A stretch of 64,000 nucleotides of DNA, from the IMG/VR virus record IMGVR_UViG_3300042934_000107. One strand, written 5' to 3'. The notes under the pieces were generated by a model that did not search any database, was not told the origin of the DNA, and was given only the letters and a program-made list of their open reading frames with translations. A program made the translations under genes and the position numbers. Of this stretch, positions 57,495 through 64,000 are shown piece after piece (the first letter of the stretch is position 1; the number at the start of each line of letters is the position of its first letter). Source of the stretch: an uncultured virus (IMG/VR IMGVR_UViG_3300042934_000107) (Duplodnaviria > Heunggongvirae > Uroviricota > Caudoviricetes).

Positions 57495-58529
57495 CTACCC
57501 TTTCGCTCCATAATAGCTACCTACACCGCTCAGTAACCCACCTAACAATCCAGTGCCAGACGTTTTCTGTGTAGTGGTCTTATCCGCTATACGATTTCCT
57601 GACAGCGTGTTTAGCAGACTTGATGTATCGGACTGTTGACCTTGACTGAGTGCAAGGAGTTTGGCTGGTATGTCAATACTGGCATTTTGTGCGCTGTTTG
57701 CAAGTGCCATAGGTTGAGATAATAATCCACTCTGTTGACTAATTGCATCGCCCTGTTGACCCAATAAACCACTGTTCATATTAATAAGGTTCTGTTGATT
57801 GGCAAAATCTTGTTGTTGTAGTCCCATTAGTCCGGTATTAATACCGCTTTGATTCGTGAATCCCATTTGCTGTTGATTAGCATTTTGATTCTGCAATGCT
57901 GCTGCTTGTGCCATGTTCTGGTTATAGTTTTGAGATAATGTATTGGCAACAGAATCACTAATTCCTTGTATCCCTGTATTTGTAACACTTGAATTAATTA
58001 TTCCACGACTCATTTTGTCGGCAAGCATATCGCCCATTGCCGTATTAGCTCCACGGTTAATCGCATATTGTTGATTAGCAGCATAAGCAGCGGGTAGTTC
58101 GCCATTCATTAATGGTTGCATGGTTTGAGCGTTATTTGTAGTATTCGTTTTATTAGTAGCTGTTTGATCTGCATACATTTTTGTTCCAGCCTGTAAATTT
58201 TGGTTGCTAACACCTTTTAGTGCGTCAACTTGGTTTCCTAAGTCTTCGTAGCCTCTATATGTATCAGCAGTACGATTTTGCAAGTCGTATGCTTGTTGCG
58301 TAGCCTTATTACCTAACTGACCGTAATCTACTGGAACTACTCCGGGATTGCTAAGTATCATATTTGCGCCCATACTTTGCAATGCTAGTGCTGTTGGTGC
58401 TGTTTTCTCTGCATAGTTTGCTTGTACGTCCTGTAGTCTTAGTTCCTGTGCTGTTGGCTTTGCGGATTGGACAGTAGTAGAACTACCGCCTTTGCCGCCA
58501 AATAATTGTAAGTTGAAGTTAAATGTCAT
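57495..58529 (-). CDS. DNA pilot/ejection protein with Prp-type leader
   Basis: MTFNFNLQLFGGKGGSSTT; Q/N-rich; Gly-rich hydrophobic end. Confidence 0.7.
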   Translation of the reverse strand: MTFNFNLQLFGGKGGSSTTVQSAKPTAQELRLQDVQANYAEKTAPTALALQSMGANMILSNPGVVPVDYGQLGNKATQQAYDLQNRTADTYRGYEDLGNQVDALKGVSNQNLQAGTKMYADQTATNKTNTTNNAQTMQPLMNGELPAAYAANQQYAINRGANTAMGDMLADKMSRGIINSSVTNTGIQGISDSVANTLSQNYNQNMAQAAALQNQNANQQQMGFTNQSGINTGLMGLQQQDFANQQNLINMNSGLLGQQGDAISQQSGLLSQPMALANSAQNASIDIPAKLLALSQGQQSDTSSLLNTLSGNRIADKTTTQKTSGTGLLGGLLSGVGSYYGAKG

Positions 58530-58540
58530 ATATCCACCTC

Positions 58541-58909
58541 CTATTTAAGACTTGAAACTAAGCCATTTAGCATAAAATAACGCCGTCCTTCATGTTCATA
58601 ATCGAACTCAGGTAGGCGTTCCATTTTCCATTTGCGAATATGCATTTTAGGATTGCGCGTTGTTGATGTGACTATTTGCGTGATGCCAGCTTCCTTGCAG
58701 ACTTCACGGATAAAATCGCCGAAATGTATCATTTCACCATAAGTCTGATTGATAAAGAAAAAAGGAACTCCATTGTGAAGTCCCAATTTCCAAATCATGA
58801 ATTCATTTGATGGTAATATTTTGATTGCGCAATCTTGTGGTTGTTCGAACGTTTCCCCTGTAATTCTTTCGTAATCAGCAATAGCTTCATCAATACTAGA
58901 TAGTTTCAT
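58541..58909 (-). CDS. Putative GNAT-like protein preceding ejection cluster
   Basis: Same slot as 19858..20304; TTRNPKMHIRKW. Confidence 0.45.
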   Translation of the reverse strand: MKLSSIDEAIADYERITGETFEQPQDCAIKILPSNEFMIWKLGLHNGVPFFFINQTYGEMIHFGDFIREVCKEAGITQIVTSTTRNPKMHIRKWKMERLPEFDYEHEGRRYFMLNGLVSSLK

Positions 58910-59049
58910 CTTGATTTACCGACGTATCAATAATAATAGGATTGTTAAACTTACTTAAACATTCATTGCATTTATACCAACCTACTCCAATTTTAGGATA
59001 TGGAACAATGTCTTGACTTGCACAATAAGGACAATACATTTCGATGGTT

Positions 59050-59424
59050 TCAGTCAACTTCTAACGCCTCCAATTCAGTATTTTTTTGAGTAACTAAAGC
59101 ATTATACTTAACCTGATTACTAGCAATCTTCGTAGCTTGTGTTGCTCCATCAGATGCCATTGCAGTAACAATTAAATCTTTATAGTAATCTAATTTAGGT
59201 TGATATTTAGCGTTTATTATTGACATTTTTTCTTCTAGCGTTGGAACGTATGGAGGATCTGGGTCTGGTGGTGGTATAGGAGTAACCATTCCATTAACGA
59301 TTTTGTTTTTCGTCCAGTCAACGAAAGATCCATCTTCCATTAAAGTGGCATATCCTTCTTTTTCTTCATTTATTTTTATGTCGATTATGCAATCGTTTAA
59401 TATTAAATATCTGTAAATATCCAT
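59050..59424 (-). CDS. Tail-fibre-associated protein
   Basis: Pro-rich linker then helical C-terminus; after fibre genes. Confidence 0.55.
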   Translation of the reverse strand: MDIYRYLILNDCIIDIKINEEKEGYATLMEDGSFVDWTKNKIVNGMVTPIPPPDPDPPYVPTLEEKMSIINAKYQPKLDYYKDLIVTAMASDGATQATKIASNQVKYNALVTQKNTELEALEVD

Positions 59425-59909
59425 TAAGTTCCTCCTGACATAAATTGTTCTTCGGCAGATGAATCGCCTAAAATCTCAAATTGCCCAACAGCAATAAAAG
59501 CAGCTACTGTGGCTGTTATGTTTATTTTGCATTTTGTATAACCAAGCGTATTGTTAAACGAAAAATATGTTTTAGTGTCAGCTACCCACGATGTTTGATT
59601 AGTTCGAGTATCTAAAACAACCCAAGCACTACCATTCCAACCTTCAATTGTCCAATTTTTTGGAGCATTATTTACAGAAGGAACATAAATATTGTATTCC
59701 TTAAACGTTTTACTAATTGTAAAATCATATACTACATTGCCAGTATTTGATAAAACGTACCAATAATTTGATCCGTTATTAATGCCGTCAAAAATCCTCC
59801 AACCTTCGTAACCTGTTGTTTGGTAACCGCTATCAGTTACTAAGCCAATCGGTGTATTATAGCTCGTCATAGCAGGTGTTAAGCACCTTCCATCTCTAAA
59901 AAAAGCCAT
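59424..59909 (-). CDS. Discoidin/F5-8-like carbohydrate-binding tail protein
   Basis: LTPAMTS, WRIFDG, PKNWTIEG....WVVLDTR. Confidence 0.7.
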   Translation of the reverse strand: MAFFRDGRCLTPAMTSYNTPIGLVTDSGYQTTGYEGWRIFDGINNGSNYWYVLSNTGNVVYDFTISKTFKEYNIYVPSVNNAPKNWTIEGWNGSAWVVLDTRTNQTSWVADTKTYFSFNNTLGYTKCKINITATVAAFIAVGQFEILGDSSAEEQFMSGGT

Positions 59910-60784
59910 TACCTATTCCCCCACTCTTGCACACAACCAACTTTACAAGCACTCAAACCAGTACCATTTACAGAATAAGCAAACAAATCTCTTTTACTAG
60001 AAGTGGTTAATCCGCTTGCTGTCCATGAAACAGGAGCAACACTAGAAACAGAAACATTTCCTACATTGTTATCTAGTATTATCCCACCACTTGCGTGTGC
60101 TGTTGCCACGGTTCCCAATTGCGCCCTTGCAATAGTAATATTAGTTGATCCACTACCTGCCGTTAGTTTTATAACTTCTGGAATTCCATTAGAATCTATT
60201 AATACATATGGAGTTCCTGTAAAAGTCATTGCTGTATTTGGTGTCATAATTGTTGCGACATTCGTTAAGGATGCATGAGTTAGCGATCCAGTTCCAGTAA
60301 AAAAATAAATACTTGTAGCACTAGATATTGCACCTTGTGGGTAAAATTTAAAATATTGTCCAGTGCCGTTCCTTGTCAGTGGCATCAAAGGAGATATATA
60401 ACCATTGCTGGGGTTGATTATTAAAAATTTTTCTGTCCAAGTAAACCCAAATATTGTTGATAACGAAACTGCTGCAGCGTCGTACCAGTTTGTAACTGCG
60501 CCTTTAATAGCTAATATTTCTTTTACTATCCACGACAACAATTGTGTTATCGTTCCCGTATTTGATGTTTCAGTGGAAATTGTTTGATCAACTGTAGCAG
60601 ATACGCCCGTTCCAGTAATAATCTTTCCATCACTACCGTTTCCAGTATGTGCATGCGTTGACATTATATTGTTTATATCAGTGTATATTTTTTTCGTTTC
60701 GTTATCCAAATTCTTTAAAACTTCTTGTGTTTGTTGTGTGCTACTAAACGTATTTGAGAAACCTTGCGAAAGGCTCATATACAC
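59909..60784 (-). CDS. Tail fibre protein
   Basis: THAHTG, ITIARAQLGTVATAH motifs. Confidence 0.65.
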   Translation of the reverse strand: MYMSLSQGFSNTFSSTQQTQEVLKNLDNETKKIYTDINNIMSTHAHTGNGSDGKIITGTGVSATVDQTISTETSNTGTITQLLSWIVKEILAIKGAVTNWYDAAAVSLSTIFGFTWTEKFLIINPSNGYISPLMPLTRNGTGQYFKFYPQGAISSATSIYFFTGTGSLTHASLTNVATIMTPNTAMTFTGTPYVLIDSNGIPEVIKLTAGSGSTNITIARAQLGTVATAHASGGIILDNNVGNVSVSSVAPVSWTASGLTTSSKRDLFAYSVNGTGLSACKVGCVQEWGNR

Positions 60785-60790
60785 ACCTCC

Positions 60791-62227
60791 TTATCTTCCG
60801 ATCTCGACGACATCTATTGACATGTCACGAATTGCCATGCGTCCAGTTTGAACTGTAACAATTAGTTGTATTGCCAGAGTTCTTTTTCTTGTACGCTTCT
60901 TTTTTGTTGTGTAATCGCTTGGTACTACGGGATCTGCGTCTGTATCTGCTATATCCGTATCCGTGTCCGCAATATCTCCAGTAGATGTAAAAGTAACAGG
61001 CAAAACTTTATTACCAACTGATAAAATAAAGTTTCCAGGTAAAAACCCATAACTAACAAAATTAATGTATTTCATTAAATATTTTTTGCGTTTAGGCAAG
61101 TACCTCTTACTTGCCAATATAGCGGAATAATTAAAGCCATCGTCCGTAGAAACTTTGTCGTCTAACTTTCCTATCTTAGTTCCGTATGCAATATAAACAT
61201 CCATTCCAACTGAACACACATCTCTGATAGGATATTTAAATTGGCGTTTTGTCCATGCGTTAATTCCATAGTGATAAATTAGAATTTCGTTTGATAATGC
61301 TGTTTTGCACCACACTTGTTTCCTTGATGGTACATGCCACACCCTGGCGTTATCATCAACGTTCTGCACATACCAGCCATTAATCATATAGCCAGGACTA
61401 GGATCGTCAACCTTCACACCACCGTAATCTGTAACAGTGCTAAAGCTGTTAAACCCTTCGTTGCCAATAAAAAAAGCCTTGTTCATAAGAGCAAGACCGG
61501 AGTAATGATTGTATGCGCCTGTACGTTGTGCAGCCGGATAGCAGCCAACGTTAGCAAAGTCGTTTTCATTTGTTATTCGGTATACGCTGCCACTGGTTTT
61601 TATTACAATAGAGTCTGTAGCAAGCTTGATAGTGCAAGCGATTTTACTCGCGTCCTTATATCCTACATTTACAAACTGAGCACTCGAAATATCAGTAGGT
61701 ACATTTGTCCAGTTTGTGTAGTCACCAATCCCTGAGTAACTTTTCTTATCTGAATTAATATCTATACTCTCTACTCTGCCGTTATTGTGTGCAACGTAAT
61801 GGCTAATTGGACTACCTGCAACCGTTGATAATGTCGTCCCATCCCATTTTTGTATTAATCCACCGCTGGCAATCAGTATAATGGTATCGTATAAAGCATA
61901 GATTGGCTTGTACGTGCCTGTAAGTGTACCTAGAAGCGTCTTCGTTGTTAAGTTGGATGAATATAAGTTAACACCGCTAGAAATTAGCCAGATGCCATGC
62001 ACGGCATCATAAAACATAGTATCTACATCTGACACAACGTCAAACTGCGTTACCACGCCAGGGCATACTTGAGGCTGATTAAGTAGCGTACCATACTCCC
62101 AATTATCCATTTGGCACACATAGTTGTCTGGTATGCTCTCAGGGTTAGCTATAAGGCATAATCCACCCATAATGTTCTGTAGGCTGATAGTAAACTGTGT
62201 AGGGTTTTTAGTGCTTTGTACTGGCAA
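60791..62227 (-). CDS. Tail nozzle / head-closure beta-propeller protein
   Basis: GGL...NP..IPDN start; beta-rich; after adaptors. Confidence 0.7.
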   Translation of the reverse strand: MPVQSTKNPTQFTISLQNIMGGLCLIANPESIPDNYVCQMDNWEYGTLLNQPQVCPGVVTQFDVVSDVDTMFYDAVHGIWLISSGVNLYSSNLTTKTLLGTLTGTYKPIYALYDTIILIASGGLIQKWDGTTLSTVAGSPISHYVAHNNGRVESIDINSDKKSYSGIGDYTNWTNVPTDISSAQFVNVGYKDASKIACTIKLATDSIVIKTSGSVYRITNENDFANVGCYPAAQRTGAYNHYSGLALMNKAFFIGNEGFNSFSTVTDYGGVKVDDPSPGYMINGWYVQNVDDNARVWHVPSRKQVWCKTALSNEILIYHYGINAWTKRQFKYPIRDVCSVGMDVYIAYGTKIGKLDDKVSTDDGFNYSAILASKRYLPKRKKYLMKYINFVSYGFLPGNFILSVGNKVLPVTFTSTGDIADTDTDIADTDADPVVPSDYTTKKKRTRKRTLAIQLIVTVQTGRMAIRDMSIDVVEIGR

Positions 62228-62230
62228 TTT

Positions 62231-62707
62231 CTAACCCCCTTTAGCGGAAAATAATACCGTTTCGTCAGATGTAGCAAGTCCGATATCCTGTGCAACATTA
62301 GCCTCAAAATCATTGTTAATATGTATCGCTACATAATCTACTATCTCACTGACACAGTAGTCAGGCAATGGGATTACATCCGATATAGCGGTCAATAGAG
62401 GCTTAAAGGTGGAATATTTAAATACAACGCTAGGAGGTGCTCCATAAGCTAGTGATATGGTATTCCCAGCACAAATTAATGGGTATGCTGCCTTTTGTGG
62501 GATAAACGCAAAGAAGTCGGCAGGTTTGGCAATCGTGCCTGTAATTGTCATTTGCTTTACAACCTCTGGATCATTAACCTTGATTAGTCCGTTATTGATC
62601 CTTGCTATTGAGGCGTTAATATGCAGAATCATTACCTCTGGAAAATAATCATCGACATCAAGGTCAAGGCGTTTGGCTACTAGGTTTATAACGTCTGATA
62701 CTAACAT
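62231..62707 (-). CDS. Head-tail adaptor-like protein
   Basis: VSDVINLV..RL, KPADF; paralog-like to next gene. Confidence 0.6.
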   Translation of the reverse strand: MLVSDVINLVAKRLDLDVDDYFPEVMILHINASIARINNGLIKVNDPEVVKQMTITGTIAKPADFFAFIPQKAAYPLICAGNTISLAYGAPPSVVFKYSTFKPLLTAISDVIPLPDYCVSEIVDYVAIHINNDFEANVAQDIGLATSDETVLFSAKGG

Positions 62708-63315
62708 TAGTTGTAATCCCTCCCACCATCACAGTCAGAGTAATAACCATTAATAACTGTTACTCCTGTTTCAATACCGCCAAGCAACTTACCAATCGTT
62801 GCATTATACTCTGCAACTAAATCAAAACTACCATTTGTTAACATTGCAACAACATATCTAACAAGCAATTGCTCTACGTCTGTTTGGTAACCGCTATCGT
62901 CAATATCTTGCATTGTAACGCTTTCAGGGATGTATGTTATCTCATATGAGTATGTTTTATCAGGAATTGGATAAAGTTTTAATGTATTTGTACCTATCAT
63001 GTAATACGCTCTAGGTTCTCCAGTTATCGTCTTATCTTGAATAGCTGTCATAGCAAATTTATTGATCGGCTTTTTATTAACGCGAACATCAATAAGTTTA
63101 ATAGGCTTTTTAACCATGGTAATTGATTCGCCAGCATCTACATTATCCGTAACTTCTTCCGCCAATTGCATCGGCATATTATCAAGGATTGTTTTTCTTA
63201 GAAGTTTATTGCCTTTGTTGTATTGATCCATTAACACGTATGGACTATATACTGTTCCGTCAATGTCTTGTAACTCATACCTCATACTAAGAAGTAATTC
63301 ACCTATGATGCTCAT
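62707..63315 (-). CDS. Head-tail adaptor protein
   Basis: RYELQD, GEPRAYY, LKLYPIPD. Confidence 0.7.
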   Translation of the reverse strand: MSIIGELLLSMRYELQDIDGTVYSPYVLMDQYNKGNKLLRKTILDNMPMQLAEEVTDNVDAGESITMVKKPIKLIDVRVNKKPINKFAMTAIQDKTITGEPRAYYMIGTNTLKLYPIPDKTYSYEITYIPESVTMQDIDDSGYQTDVEQLLVRYVVAMLTNGSFDLVAEYNATIGKLLGGIETGVTVINGYYSDCDGGRDYN

Positions 63316-63359
63316 TTCTCACCTCCATATAAAGAAAAGGAGGGTTTCCCCTCCGTTAA

Positions 63360-63827
63360 TCAAGTCGTGAATGTCAATACACAAGTTGTTGCGCTAATAG
63401 CTACGTTTAACAAACCTTGCTGTGCTACTGCTGTAGCTGTAAGTGTCGCTGTTTCCGCATTAAGCCAAGCAGCTGCATTGCCTGACAATGTTACAGTTAA
63501 CGCACCGTCTGTCATGTAATGCGCTCCTGCTGCTGGTGAAATTGCTGCTGTACCTGCTGTTGATGTGTCAGCAACTGCCAAAGTTACAGGACCAGAATAC
63601 CATTTATGACGTTCTCCGTCTGCTGTTTCCAAGCTAACAACAACCGATTGGCTCCACGCTGCTGACGTTGGTGCAGGCGTTGCAGTTGCTGGTGTTACTT
63701 TTAATACAATGTCACCAGATAATGCTTTCATAAACGCTTTCATATCTGCAATAGTTCCAGTCATTCCACCAGTACACATGTCAGTTCTAAGTTGTTCCAT
63801 TCCTGGATTATACGTTACTCCTGCCAT
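63360..63827 (-). CDS. Putative capsid decoration protein
   Basis: Ala/Thr-rich beta protein coupled to capsid stop. Confidence 0.5.
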   Translation of the reverse strand: MAGVTYNPGMEQLRTDMCTGGMTGTIADMKAFMKALSGDIVLKVTPATATPAPTSAAWSQSVVVSLETADGERHKWYSGPVTLAVADTSTAGTAAISPAAGAHYMTDGALTVTLSGNAAAWLNAETATLTATAVAQQGLLNVAISATTCVLTFTT

Positions 63828-64000
63828 TAGTCTGCTGCACCACCAGTCATAACCTGAATAATTCCATAGTCTTTGGAATTATAAACAGATTTCTTAATAC
63901 CGTTCCAGAATGCAATACCTTGTCCTAATACGTTGCCGTAATCAGTTGACTCTTTGATTGGTGTCATTTCTTTAGCTACTGCATAGCAAGCAGCCTGTTT
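63827..64000 (-). CDS. Major capsid protein C-terminus (N4-gp56/DUF4043-like), partial
   Basis: ESTDYGNVLGQGI...GIKKSVYNSKDYGII. Confidence 0.7.
   Translation of the reverse strand, partial: KQAACYAVAKEMTPIKESTDYGNVLGQGIAFWNGIKKSVYNSKDYGIIQVMTGGAAD

Larger units (their letters stand above)
43534..64000. mobile_element. Element B: second related phage-plasmid (partial, truncated in capsid gene)
   Basis: Second repressor copy, accessory array, ParA, Rep, lysis and podovirus-like virion genes in the same module order as A. Confidence 0.85.

Noticed and set aside
1..64000. Integrase, transposase, CRISPR array, tRNA or rRNA
   Set aside because: No recombinase motifs, regularly spaced repeats or canonical tRNA arms recognised; linker repeats are separated by whole genes

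Overview
This AT-rich window is entirely phage-derived. It has Firmicutes-type signals (SigA promoters, DinR/LexA boxes, Prp-type NLQLF motifs), and spanin-like lysis genes suggest a diderm Negativicutes host (inference). It holds two related temperate podovirus-like elements in tandem. Element A (1..~43533) looks like one complete genome unit with no integrase. It carries an RHH repressor, accessory genes, ParA plus partner, a lysis cassette, a BPP-1/epsilon15-like virion module, terminases, DnaB/initiator, ERF/Gam/SSB and an antirepressor. Element B (43534..>64000, truncated in the capsid gene) begins with a diverged copy of the same immunity region, but its ParA, Rep initiator, lysis genes and virion module (N4-gp56-type capsid) differ. 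Both look like phage-plasmids. The main observation concerns the plasmid-replicon slot, where both carry an antisense-RNA-controlled attenuator of the pT181/pIP501 type. In B it gates a Rep protein gene. In A it gates a ~470-nt, ORF-free, densely base-paired RNA, a candidate RNA-based (Rep-less) replicon. Other notable items are two C4-like cloverleaf RNAs with covarying loop/target pairs, an RHH/RHH switch with an SOS-box-controlled candidate antirepressor, two unusual spanin-like solutions, an ART-like domain in an injected protein, and linker repeats in the accessory arrays. All family calls come from motif recognition by eye; no searches were run.
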